Below, piece after piece: positions 9,686 through 22,600 of a stretch of 64,000 bases of DNA. Positions within the stretch are counted from its first letter, which is position 1; every line of letters starts with the position of its first letter. Both the position numbers and the translations under genes were made by a program. The notes below the pieces were generated by a model. The model worked only from the letters and a program-made list of their open reading frames with translations, searched no databases and was not told where the DNA came from. This DNA is from a virus (Duplodnaviria; Caudoviricetes), in the IMG/VR virus record IMGVR_UViG_3300023105_001451, positions 1-64,000 of that record. One strand, written 5' to 3'.

Positions 9686-10141
9686 ATGAGTACAACAGAA
9701 AAATCATTGTATAAACAAATAACTGTAAAGGGCGGCTCTAAAAAAGATAACGTTTACATAAAAAGTCCAACATACAAAGGATTTAGCACTATAAACGATG
9801 ACATTGAAAGTTCAAACACCTTGTATGATATTGCATTAATAAAACAGGATATTATTAATCATTTTCACATCAGGAAAGGTGAAAAACTTAGTGATCCCGA
9901 GTTTGGAACAGTCATATGGGATATACTTTTTGAACCGCTTACTGATCAAATTAAAAATTTAATTATTCAAGACGTATCAGACATTGTTAATTTTGATCCT
10001 AGAGTATCGGTAAATCAAATAATGGTTGATTCATTTGAAAATGGTATACAAGTTACATGTGAGTTAGTTTATTTGCCGTATTCTATAACTGAAACTTTAC
10101 AATTTCAGTTCGACGAAAGTGCAGGATTTTTAACTGAATAA
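9686..10141 (+). CDS. gp25: Baseplate wedge subunit / sheath initiator (T4 gp25-like)
   Basis: IKQDIINHFHIRKGEK..PEFGTVIWDILFEP...DPRV motif. Confidence 0.9.
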   Translation: MSTTEKSLYKQITVKGGSKKDNVYIKSPTYKGFSTINDDIESSNTLYDIALIKQDIINHFHIRKGEKLSDPEFGTVIWDILFEPLTDQIKNLIIQDVSDIVNFDPRVSVNQIMVDSFENGIQVTCELVYLPYSITETLQFQFDESAGFLTE

Positions 10142-10149
10142 TTATATAC

Positions 10150-10173
10150 GCAGTTTTTCAAAACTGCTAAATA
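10150..10173 (+). promoter_or_regulatory. 7-bp hairpin followed by a late promoter motif upstream of gp6
   Basis: GCAGTTT-ttca-AAACTGC (10150-10167), then TAAATA (10168-10173), then AAGGA RBS. Confidence 0.55.
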
Positions 10174-10196
10174 TTACAATAACATAAGGAATAGCA

Positions 10197-13100
10197 ATGT
10201 CCTCAACTGATAGACAAAACCGATTACTATTATCCGAAGATTGGAAGAGAGTATACCAGTCTTTCCGTAATGCAAATTTTAAAAGCTACGACTTTGATAA
10301 TCTTCGTCGTACAATGATTCAGTATTTGAGAGACAACTACCCGGAAGATTTCAACGACTATATCGAATCAAGTGAATATCTTGCACTTGTAGATCTTATT
10401 GCATTCCTTGGACAAAACTTAGCTTTCCGTATTGATTTAAATGCTAGAGAAAATTATTTAGAATTAGCCGATAGACGTGAAAGTGTATTACGTCTTGCAA
10501 GATTACTTTCTTACAATCCTAAGAGAAATCAAGCAGCTAACGGACTTTTAAAAGTTGCCAGTATTAAAACATCAGAAGAAATATATGATAGCAATGGAAG
10601 AAATTTACAAGGACAAACTATCATATGGAATGATGCATCTAATCCTGATTGGTTCGAGCAATTTATTAAAGCAATGAATTCTGCATTACCTTCAAATAAT
10701 ACTTTTGGTAAGCCTGTTAAAAAGGATATAGTAGCCGGAGTGTCAACTGAACAGTATAGATTAAATTCTGTCAATGACGATATACCAGTATTCAAGTATA
10801 CTAAACTAATAGATGGAAGAAGTTTAGGATTTGAAATTGTATCATCGGATATTGTAAATTCTAACATAGCTGAAGAAGCACCATTTCCTGGAAACAAAAT
10901 GGCATTGTTATATAGAGATGACGGCAAAGGCATTTCAAGTCCAAATAGTGGATTTTTCTCTCACTTTAGACAAGGTAATTTAGATCAAGGTGTATTTACA
11001 ATTTCTAATCCTAGTAGCAATCAATCAATATCAATCGAAAGTCCTGACATAAACAATTCAGATGTATGGTTATACAAATTAGATTCTGAAGGATTTGAAA
11101 CTGAGCTTTGGAATAAAGTTGATGCTATTATAGGAAATAACGTTATCTATAATAGTTTAAGCAAAGATGAGAGAAATATATACTCTGTTCTTACACGAGT
11201 TGACGACAGAGTAAACTTAATGTTTAGTGACGGTGTTTTTGGAAATTTACCTCAAGGGTCTTTTAGAGTTTATTACAGAACAAGTATAAATGACAAAATT
11301 AAAATTGTTCCTAAAGATTTTACAAACATTTTAGTTTCGATTCCGTATACTTCTAAAGTAGGAAAAACCGAAACACTTTCGGTAATTTATAATTTACAGT
11401 ATACAGTTGACAACGGAGAACCGTCTGAATCAACAGACACTGTTAGATTTAATGCTCCGTCAACATATTATACACAAAATAGACTTGTAACAGGTGAAGA
11501 CTATCAAGTTGGACCGTTAGGTGTAAGTCAAAGTATTGTAAAAGTAAAAGCAGTTAACAGAGTTAGTAGTGGCATCAGCCGATACTTTGATTTAATTGAT
11601 GCTACTGGTAAGTATAGTCAGACAACACTATACGGTGCTGACGGAGTTATATACAAAGAATACGAAAATAAAATAGCAAATATTAGTTTTGAAACTAAAA
11701 CTGACGTCGAGGGCGCAATTGAAAATATAGTATTGCCTATTCTTGTCAACAAGAAAATTAGAAACTTTTACTTTGATCAGTTCCCAAGAATTTTTACAGA
11801 AGATCTTGGAATTACTTGGAAGTCATTATCAAGTGAAACTAATTTAAATACAGGTTATTTCAATAGTATAGATGGAGTTCCATTAACTTTAGGAACATTT
11901 ACTTCGTCTATTATGTCACTTATAAAATCAGGAGTGTTGATTAAATTTATTGCACCTGCTGGAAAGCATTTCAATTATAAAATGGAATTAATAGACGGTG
12001 ATGCTACTGAAGTTGGTGACTCGTTGTATAAGTGGGTTAAAGTTTTATCAGTAAATGGTACTGGTGTAGAAGACAGAGAAGATGGAACAGGCGCAGTATA
12101 TATCAACGACGACATACCCAACGGTGCGATTTTACAAGAAATTAAACCTGCATTAGCTAATAATCTAATAGCCAGTGTTAAGCAACAGCTAATCGATCAA
12201 ATTTTTACATATAAAACCTTTGGTTTAAGATTTGATCAAAATAGTAGCGAATGGAGACTAGTAACAGAAAATAACCTGTCAATAGGAACTGACTTTTCGA
12301 CAGGTAAAACTGGTGATACAACTAATCAACAACTTGATGCTAGTTGGTTATTGTTATTTGAGAACGACGGCGACACTTACACAATTACCTATAGAGGTAT
12401 GAGGTATGTTTTCGAAAGCGACAAAGAGATTAAGTTTTATTACGATCCTAAAGAAAAAATTTATGATAGTAAAACAGGTAAAATTATTAAAGATTCTATA
12501 AGCGTCTTAGCTATCAATAATAAACCTGACACTACTGATGCATTTACTAGAGACTTTGATTGGGAAATTGTTGATTCTTATAGAGATGCTGAAGGCTATG
12601 TAGATAGTAAAAAACTAGAGGTAAGTTTCTTTGATGCAGACGAAGACGGTATTGTAGATGATGCTGATTTGTTTGACGAAATTGTAAAACCTGAAGTTAA
12701 TTTACAATTAAAATACATAATTTTTGAAAAAATAAAAACTGATGACGGTGTAGAAGATTTTAACTTCCTTGATAACAGTGATTCAAAAGTTATAATTTTA
12801 AACACCAAAGCAGAAATAAGACCGTTTAGCGAATATGATGATGGACAAATTTTCTATTATATCGATACAGATATCTTTGAAGTACTAAATCAAACCACGT
12901 TAAAGTTAGAAATTAGTGCAGATTACAAAGCAAGGCAAGGTAGAAGCAATCTTAAATTTAGATATTATCATGCAGCAAGTGCTGAGGAAAGAATAGATCC
13001 GAGCGTTAGCAATATTATTGATATGTACATACTTGACAGAGCATATGACAATAATTACCGATTATGGTTACAAGAAAAATCAACTAAAAAACCTCTGCCT

Positions 13101-13688
13101 CCGAGTTCAGATCAATTGTTTACATTGTATTCAAGTAACATTAATCAGATTAAATCACTTACGGATGAAATTATATATCACCCAGTTAAGTACAAAATAC
13201 TTTTCGGACAAGAGGCAGAAGAAGATTTGCAGGCTACATTTAAAGTTGTAAAGAACAAAGACAAAGTTTTAAATGACAATGATATTAAGACAAGAATCAT
13301 TACAGCAATTAATCAATTCTTTGCTCTAGAAAATTGGGACTTTGGTGAAAGATTTTATTTCTCAGAACTTGCAAATTATGTTATGTACGAATTATCACCA
13401 GATTTATCAACATTTATTATAGTTCCTAATCAACAAGGGCAAAGTTTTGGTAGTCTGTATGAAATAAAATCTGAAGCAGACGAAATATTTATAAGTGGCG
13501 CAACTGTTGATAACGTAGAAATTATCGATGCAGTCACAGCTTCTAAACTAAAAGCACAAGACGCTGTGGTTACCCAAGTTACAACACCTAACACGGGAAT
13601 ACAAAGTTCAACATTTGACGATACATCAACAAAGATATCAACATCAAACAATGTGCTTAACAACACTAATAGAGGAACAACTTACTAA
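10197..13688 (+). CDS. gp6: Baseplate wedge subunit (T4 gp6-like), extended
   Basis: YDFDNLRR.MI.YL...YPE.FNDY.ESS, A.RRESV.RLA..L.YNP, F.DGVFG.LP, AP..YYTQNR.VT.EDY motifs; 1163 aa. Confidence 0.88.
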   Translation: MSSTDRQNRLLLSEDWKRVYQSFRNANFKSYDFDNLRRTMIQYLRDNYPEDFNDYIESSEYLALVDLIAFLGQNLAFRIDLNARENYLELADRRESVLRLARLLSYNPKRNQAANGLLKVASIKTSEEIYDSNGRNLQGQTIIWNDASNPDWFEQFIKAMNSALPSNNTFGKPVKKDIVAGVSTEQYRLNSVNDDIPVFKYTKLIDGRSLGFEIVSSDIVNSNIAEEAPFPGNKMALLYRDDGKGISSPNSGFFSHFRQGNLDQGVFTISNPSSNQSISIESPDINNSDVWLYKLDSEGFETELWNKVDAIIGNNVIYNSLSKDERNIYSVLTRVDDRVNLMFSDGVFGNLPQGSFRVYYRTSINDKIKIVPKDFTNILVSIPYTSKVGKTETLSVIYNLQYTVDNGEPSESTDTVRFNAPSTYYTQNRLVTGEDYQVGPLGVSQSIVKVKAVNRVSSGISRYFDLIDATGKYSQTTLYGADGVIYKEYENKIANISFETKTDVEGAIENIVLPILVNKKIRNFYFDQFPRIFTEDLGITWKSLSSETNLNTGYFNSIDGVPLTLGTFTSSIMSLIKSGVLIKFIAPAGKHFNYKMELIDGDATEVGDSLYKWVKVLSVNGTGVEDREDGTGAVYINDDIPNGAILQEIKPALANNLIASVKQQLIDQIFTYKTFGLRFDQNSSEWRLVTENNLSIGTDFSTGKTGDTTNQQLDASWLLLFENDGDTYTITYRGMRYVFESDKEIKFYYDPKEKIYDSKTGKIIKDSISVLAINNKPDTTDAFTRDFDWEIVDSYRDAEGYVDSKKLEVSFFDADEDGIVDDADLFDEIVKPEVNLQLKYIIFEKIKTDDGVEDFNFLDNSDSKVIILNTKAEIRPFSEYDDGQIFYYIDTDIFEVLNQTTLKLEISADYKARQGRSNLKFRYYHAASAEERIDPSVSNIIDMYILDRAYDNNYRLWLQEKSTKKPLPPSSDQLFTLYSSNINQIKSLTDEIIYHPVKYKILFGQEAEEDLQATFKVVKNKDKVLNDNDIKTRIITAINQFFALENWDFGERFYFSELANYVMYELSPDLSTFIIVPNQQGQSFGSLYEIKSEADEIFISGATVDNVEIIDAVTASKLKAQDAVVTQVTTPNTGIQSSTFDDTSTKISTSNNVLNNTNRGTTY

Positions 13689-16600
13689 TGGCATATAATA
13701 ACGGTCAAAGTGAATATCCAGTACCAACCGGAGATGGAGATTCTGGTAAGAGAGAAAGTGCTAGACACTTACCTAAGTATTTTAGAACAGATAAAAATAA
13801 AAAGTTTTTACAGTCTACGTTAGATCAAATTTTACAACCCGGTGTTGCAGAAAAAGTTAATTCTTATGTAGGAAGAAAAAGCGCAAAGGCTTATAATCTG
13901 AGCGATAATTATTTGCCAGAAGTTTCTAAAGACAGAGAAGACTATCAATTAGAGCCTGTTAGTGTAATAGAAGATTTAATCGGCAATGTTGATTTTTATG
14001 CAGATTATAGAGATTATATAAACCAAATTAAAGCCCAAGGCGGAACAGCCGATAATCACGGTAGAAATAATAAAGAAGAATTTTATGCTTGGGATCCTCA
14101 TATTGACTGGGATAAATTTTCTAACTTTAGAGAATATTATTGGTTAGCAAATGGACCTAGATCTGTTATTATACCGGGAGAAAGCAAAGAAATAACAAGC
14201 ACCTATACTGTAAAACTTGCAGAAGCATTAGGCGACTATTCGTATGTGTTTACTCCTGACGGTTTAACAAATAATCCTAATCTAAAACTTTATAGAGGTG
14301 TAAAATATAGATTTGAAATTGATACTCCTGGAGTACCGTTAACTTTTAGAACTGCAAGAGTTTTAGATGACGAATTTTTGTTAAATGACGGGATTTCTCA
14401 ACAAGAAGTTGAGCAAGGTGTTATTGAATTAGAATTAGGTAGAGACGCACCAGATGAACTTTATTATGTTTCAAGCAATGATGTAAACATTGGCGGATTT
14501 ATAAAAGTTGCAAATGTTGAAGATGCAACTTTTATAGATGTTGAAGCAGAAATACTTGGTAAAAAAAGTTATACATCTAGAGATGGATGGACAGTATCTA
14601 ACGGATTAAAAGTAAGATTTCAAGGCGAAGTAATTCCTGAAAAATATTCAGATTCTGAATGGTATGTTGAAGGAGTCGGAGATGCGATTGTTTTAGTTTC
14701 GGGACGTGATGTTGAAGTTTCATTTCCGGTAGGCATCGACGTTGATGTTCCTTTTGACGCTGATGAAGGATTTGATAACTTTCCATTCTCAGAAGCAACG
14801 GGATATCCAAGAGACAAGGATTACATCACAATTAATCGTTCTAGCACCGACGGTAACTTTTGGTCTAGATATAACAGATGGTTTCATAAAGATGTAATTG
14901 AACTTGCCGACAGCATTAACAAGTCAGTAACTCTTCTTGATCAAACTACAAGAGCAAACAGACCTATAATTGAGTTTGATCCAGGAATAAAATTATATAA
15001 CTTTGGAACATCTTCAAAAGGTATAGTTGACTTAATTGACGATTATACTACTGATGTATTTTCAACTATAGAAGGAAGTTTAGGATACAATATAGACGGA
15101 ATACAAGTATCTCAAGGAATGCGTATTCTATTTTTAGCAGATCCTGATCCTCTTGTAACAGGTAAAATATTTGAAGTTAATTTTTTACAGTTTAGAGGCA
15201 GCGGCACTGGAGGACAAATTCAGTTAATAGAAGTTGCAGATTCTGATCCTATAGCAGGAGAAAATATTCTAGTTACCAGAGGTGAGCAGTATGGTGGTAA
15301 AATTTGGTACTATGATGGTACTGTTTGGAACCTAGCACAAGAAAAAGTTTCAGTAAACCAGCCTCCAATATTCGATGTGTTTGATGTAGATGATGTAAGT
15401 TTTTCTAATACTTCTAAGTATCCAGCATCTTCTTTTAGAGGAACAAAGCTGTTTAGTTATAAAGAAAATAGTTTAACAACAGACTCTGAATTAGGGTTTG
15501 GATTAAGTTATAGAAGTATTGAAAACGTTGGCGATATCGTTTTTGATTTTAATTACAATACAGATACTTTCCAGTATCAAATTGGCGATACAATTATCGA
15601 TACTAATATTAATACAGGATTTTTAAGAAAGTATAACAGCAATAATCAATTTGAAGTAAAAGGTGTTTATGTAAAAAGTGACCGATTAAGCGAACAAGCA
15701 GTTGTGTTACAATACGTAAATGATGAAACACGATTAACGTATCCAATTAATTGTTTTAATCAAAGTGCATATTTAGACGATTTAAATGTAATTGTTTATG
15801 TGGATAATGTTAGACAATATGATGGTATAGATTACGAGTGTATTGATACAGCAGATAAACTTAAAAATGTTAAATTTTTGAAAGACATAGATGTTAATGC
15901 AGTTATTATATTAAAATGTTTTTCATCTGCAATAAAAAACAATAATGGATATTATGAAATTGCAAATAATTTAGAACGCAATCCGTTAAACGAAGACATT
16001 AGTACGTTTACACTTGGTGAAGTTTCTGATCATGTATTAAGTATTACAGAAAATGCTAGTGAATTTAGTGGTGTATTTCCTGGACCTAGTAATTTAAGAG
16101 ATATTAGTAAATTAAGTACTTACGGAAGAAAGTTTATTAAACATAGTGCTCCGTTAAATCTGTCAATTTACAGCTTGCTAGATAAATCATCTAATGCTCC
16201 AAATGCTGTTAGATATGCACGTAAAGAATACAGTAAATTTAAAAGAGTGTTTTTAGAAACTGCCGAATCTTTAGGTTACGAAGGACCAGTAAGACAACAT
16301 GTTGATAAAATTATCTCAGAAATAACAAAAGATAAAACTAATACAATGCCTTTCTATCAAAGTGATATGATTCCGTTTGGCGCAAGTATTACTACAAAAA
16401 TTACTGTAGAAGATGCAGATGCAAGATTTTTTGCACTCAATACTCCTTTTACGCTATCAAAATTAAGTACAAATGCAGTAACAGTTTATATTAACGGATC
16501 TCAGTTAATTCACGAAAGAGATTATGTTTTCAATGAAGAAGGTTTTTTAGAAATCACAGTTGAAAAAAACTTTGGTGATATAATTGAAATTAATGAATAT

Positions 16601-19600
16601 GATACAACTAATGGTTCATACATTCCACCAACTCCTACTAAATTAGGTTTGTATCCGGCTTATGAGCCTGTTATATATGTTGACGATTCATATCAGCCAG
16701 CAGTTACATTAATTAAAGGTCATGACGGAAGTATAGTACGTGCCTTCGGTGACTTTAGAGATAATCTTATTATTGAATTAGAAAAAAGAATTTTCAATAA
16801 CATAAAAATAAAGTATGACACTAGTGAAATAAACATACACTCATTCTTGCCAGGCTTGTCGAGAAATACGGCATTCTCAAGATTAGAGGTTGATAAAACA
16901 ATGACGCCAGATTTTATACAATGGCTTTCATTAGTAGATCAAGATTATACCGAACACGCATTTTTTGACAGATCTAATAACTTTAGTTACAACTATTCGT
17001 CATTGTCAGACAAGAATGGAGATAAGCTACCCGGATGGTGGAGAGGCATTTATAGATACTATTATGATACAATAACTCCGCATTTAACTCCTTGGGAAAT
17101 GTTAGGCTTTAGCATTGAACCAAAATGGTGGAAAGAACAGTACGGACCTGCTCCATATACAAAAAATAATAACTTACTATGGGAAGATCTAGAAAAGGGT
17201 ATAATTAGAGAACCTGGTAAAGGATTTGTTATTAATAAATTATATGCCCGTCCAGGACTTTCGACATTTATTCCGGTTGACGCACAAGGAAATATACTAG
17301 CACCATCTGAGTGTAATATACCTTTAAGATTTACGTTTAATAATATTACTTCTGGATTTAAGTTTGGAGATTCGGCGCCGGTTGAAGACGCTTGGAGATC
17401 TAGTTCTGAATATCCGTTCTCTGTAATTACATCTTGGTTAATTAATAATCCGTCAACTTTGCTATCTAGTGGTTTTGATAGATCTAGACAAAAAAGAAAT
17501 ATATTAGGACAGTTTGTTTATACTGAAACTAACAGACATATTAGATTGCAGGATTTAGTATTTCCGTCTAATATTAATAGTTCACAAAAAGTGTTTACAT
17601 CAGGTTTAATAAATTATATTCAAAGTTATATGTCTTATAACTTAACAGAATCTTTTGATACGTATCAATCTAATTTAAAGTCTATAAAAAATAAATTAGC
17701 ATTTAAGCTAGGAGGATATTCTGATAAAGAAAAATTTAAATTAATTCTTGATAGCAGAACTCCTTTGAATCAAGGAAATGTTTTTATTCCTGAAGAAAAC
17801 TACAAACTATTTTTAAACACTAGCTATGCTATTAATACAGTTACATATAGTGGTGTGATTATTGAAAAAACTTTAGGAGGATTTTCAATAAGAGGATACG
17901 ATTCTTTATTTCCTGCATTTAAATATTTTGAACCATATACATCAACTGGCGATGTTACAGTAAATGTTGGAGGCGTATCAGAAACTTTTGCTTCATGGAC
18001 TGAAAATAAAACATATGTTAAAGACTTAATAGTTGAATATAACGGATCGTTTTATAGAACTTTAAGAACAGTTACTTCTTCAGAAGAATTTGATCCAAAT
18101 GATTTTGTAAAATTGTCTAGATTGCCTGTAACAGGGGGTATAGATGCTACATTTAAAACAAAATTTGAAAAGTCTCAAATTTTACAATTACCATACGGAA
18201 GTATTCTTCCTACAATACAAGATGTCGTTGACTTTTTATTAGGTTACGAAGAATGGTTAAAAGTTCAAGGATTTAGATTTGAACACTTTGACGGTAAAGA
18301 AGTTATAATTTCAGATTGGAAAAATTCAGCTAGAGAGTTTATGTTCTGGACAATGCATAACTGGGGCGATAATGCTATAATTTCACTCAGTCCAGCAGCT
18401 GACCAAATTTGGTTCGAAACAGAATATTCGGTAGTAGATAATGTTATCGATAATTTTTATGGTTACGGAATATTCAAAGCAAGCGGAAAACCGTTAGATA
18501 CATCAAAATTAAATTTTGATAGAATAGATGTTAACAAATTTAAAATTACACCAAATTCTTCATCAGACGGTGTATATGCAATTAAATTACCTGTTGTACA
18601 AAAAGAACACATTGTATTAATTGATAATAGCACAGTGTTTGGTGATGTAGTTTATCAACCATCAACTGGGTATAGACAAGAACGAATTAAAACATTTGGA
18701 TATAGAACATCTGGATGGGATGGCAGTTTAAACATTCCAGGATTTATTTACACCGAAGTAACAATTAAAGAATGGGAATCTTGGAAAGATTACGACATCG
18801 GTTCAATTGTTAAGTACAAAGAGTTTTATTATAGTGCAAATAGTAAAATCTCAGGTAAAGAAACATTTACATTTAATGACTGGACTCGCATATCAGACGT
18901 TCCAGAAAGTACTCTTAAACCTAATTTTGAATACAAAATTAATCAATTTGCAGACTTTTATGATTTGGATACTGACAACTTTGATACAGAGCAACAACAA
19001 TTAGCACAGCATTTGATAGGTTATCAAAAAAGATCGTATCTAGAAAATATTATTAACGACGAAGTCAGTCAATATAAATTTTATCAAGGAATGATAAAAG
19101 AAAAAGGAACTAAAAACAGTTTAGATAAACTATTTGATGTTCTTAGTGCAGACGACAAAGAGAGTCTCGATTTTTATGAAGAATGGGCAATTAAACAAGG
19201 TCAGTATGGCGCAAGTGAAGGCTTTGATGAAGTTGAATTTACTTTAGATGAAAGAAAATTCCGAATTAATCCACAGCCTATTAAGCTATCTAATTCAGAT
19301 GAAGATGAAGGATTAATATATAAAATTAAAGATTACGAAGTTTACAAAAAGCCAGATAATTATAGTAATAATTTATTTCCTTTGCTTGAAGACTATAAGC
19401 AATTTACTCGTAGTCCTGGATTTATGAATATTGAAGATGTAAAAGAACTTGTTCCAGACTACGATTCTTTGTTAACTTTAAATATTGATAATCTTAATAA
19501 TCTTGATTATGTTTGGACAGGCTCAGATAATAACAAATGGGATGTTTTACAATACGGAATCGGAAATGAACAGATTGTATCATTAAAAACAAGTCCAGAA

Positions 19601-22600
19601 AAATCGCCAAATACTCCGGATCTTTTTGAAATAGAATTAACCTTAACATCAGTAGCAGAAGATGTTAATATTGGCGATGTTATTGGTATTTTTAATATAC
19701 AAGTTCCAAAAGATTTAAATGAAGATTCTACAAAAATAAACACAACTAATACAGAATTAAATTCTTTAAAAGGTTTCTTTAAAGTTACCGGAAAATATTT
19801 AAACAAACTTTATGTAGGTTCGTCTACACAACTTGATGCAATACCAGAATGTACTGGTCTTATGTCTAAGTTTTCTTCAGTTAAGGTTGCAGATTATCTT
19901 GAAGCTAATCAATTAACACAAAAAGGTGTTAAAAATGAATCGCTAGTTTGGATACAAAATAATGATCAAAATTGGAAGGTTTTAAAGAATACACAGGCTT
20001 ATAGTTTATTACAAACTATACCAGCTGAAGAAGAAGGCACTACAAACGAGTTTGGAAAAACTATTACCGTAGACAACCGCAATAGTTTGTTATCTGTTGC
20101 TTCGCCGTCTTCGGGTATAAGTGGAAAACTGTTTATATATAACAGAGGTGGCAATAATCAAAATTTCCAATTTGCTCAAATTATCGAACCGAGTACATCA
20201 GGAGTTAGTGATCCTGGTAATTCATTTGGTTCTGGGCAAAGTTTTAGTAAAGACGGAAAATACTTAGTTGTTGGTGCACCGAAAGCATCTAATATTAAAA
20301 CAAGGTATCAAGGATTCTTTGACGAAGCTGCAAATTATGACAATGGCGATATTGTACAATACGGAGGACAACTTTGGGAAGTTGTTGTAGATATTTTAGG
20401 CGCACAAGACGAACAAGAGTTTGGAAGTTTTGGCTCTAATATTGAAGTATTACAAAGTAATAATGTTTTCCAAAACGAAGCATTTTTTAGAAATATACTA
20501 TTAGGTGATTATCCATTTGACGGTGATGAGATAGAAACCGATCATATTTTAATTAGAGCATCTTTTGATCAATACGAAGCAACAGGTCCAGGTGATACAG
20601 TATTTTTTGATTGGTATGCTATTACTACAGCTAATCAGTTTGATCCATTATCACCTAGAGTTCCGTTCCAAACTGACGACATGCCTTTAGGTTATACGCA
20701 AGAAGGACTAACAGAAGCGTACTTAGAAAGCGGATTAGTAATACGCGGAAAAGCTGATGTTATCTTGTATACGCCTATTATATCAACAGTACCTCAAGTA
20801 GGAGATCAAATAGAATCTACTGGTGTGTTTGGATATGTTTCTTATGTAAGAGTAGACGAAGCAAGAGCAACCATTTATGTCGAAAGAACATCGGGTATTT
20901 GGCCAGCAGCTGATAATTTATTTTTAGAAAGCGGTGAATTTGTTGGTGCTTATGTAAGACAAGCACCTAATGACACTATAGATGTTAGTGATCAACTTGG
21001 TGGCTATTGGTACTTTGATTTACCTAATCCGATATTACTAACAGAAAATAATGTAGATGAAGGCAGAGCCCTTGCAGTTTATAATATTATTCCATCTGGA
21101 AAAACAGATCCAGGCGGCGCAGGCGGAAATATTTGGGATTTAAATAACACAGTTACTAATATAGGCGATAATTCAATTAACAGTTATATTAGAACACTAA
21201 CATATCAAGGTTCTCCAGGACCTGCAGGTAATTTAGATATTATTCCAAGTGACTTATTTGTAGTTAGGGCATCTAAAGACTTAACTGATAATCTAACTCC
21301 TGGAGACGAAATAGGTCTAGAAGTAATTCGATTCCCTGATTTTACTAACAATAATGAATTTATTGATTTAACTGTTACCGGTCTAGAATATACTGACACT
21401 AATAAAAAACATATACTTTATGATTTATGGGACGGCTACATAGATTTTGATTTAGACGAAACTGATTCAAATACAGGTCAACCATTTGAGCCTAGAATTG
21501 GACAGTTTGTTAGAGAAAGAACACCTAACCCTGGTGCTACTGCTAAAGTTGCATTTTATCAAAAGTTTAACAACAGTCGTGCTAGAGTATATGTTACTAA
21601 TGTACAAGGTACATGGGGTATCGGAAACGACGGTAGAACATTAGAAATGATTGGCGATCCTCAAGATCCTAATCCGATATACGCAGTTGATCAAGATTTA
21701 GGTGATATTAGAGCAACAGCTTTAGGTAGTGATACTTTAGGAATTGGCAAGTTATGTGTGATTCAATTGCCGGCTGAAATAGAAACTGTTCCAGTACAAA
21801 GTACACTTATAGGCGCAGAATATTTAATATATAGAGATTTTCCAATTTTTGGATTACCTAGAGAAGCTAACATTCCAGGCTCTACAAACTTAGATTACAA
21901 GCAAGTATTTAAAATACCAGTAAATCCAGATGGTCCATCAACAAATGTTAATAATTTAGGATACTATGCAATTTATGAAAGAGAAAATGTTTCTACATTT
22001 AATATTGTAGATACATTAATTGTTCCTGAATTAGTAGAAGATTTAAATGTTGGATCACAAATAAAAATAGCAAAAAGAAATGATTTATATAAGGCATTTA
22101 TTAAAGCTGAAGGTAATGGTACAATATCAAATCCAGGAAGAATATACTTTGTTAATAAAGGCACTGATGATGAAGGTATTGTTTATGATTGGGAATATGC
22201 TAAAGACAAACGATATAAGGGAGTCTTTAGTGACCAAAACGAATATTTGCTAGACGACTATGTTTATTACGAAGGATATTTTTATAAAGCCTTAACAAAT
22301 ATTGCAGGAGATGGTACAGCATTTGTTACAACAGAGTGGGAATTAATTAACAACGATCAAATTAGGAGTATTGATTATTTAGGTTATATTCCAAATGATA
22401 CTAGTATATTGCCAGAAGACTTTGATTACAAAGGATTATTTGATTCAAATTCTACATATATTGTTGATGAAATAGTTCAATATCTTGATGGAAATTTTTA
22501 TAAAGCATTAAGAAACATTCCTTTAAATTATAATGGATTTGTTGACGTTGAAGGAATAATAGAATATCCTGCCGAAGATTGGGAACAGATATCTTTCACA

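Noticed and set aside
4508-13688. Bacterial contractile injection system (T6SS/eCIS) or tailocin
   Set aside because: Flanked by gp55/gp46/gp47 and T4-type late promoters, so this is a phage baseplate.
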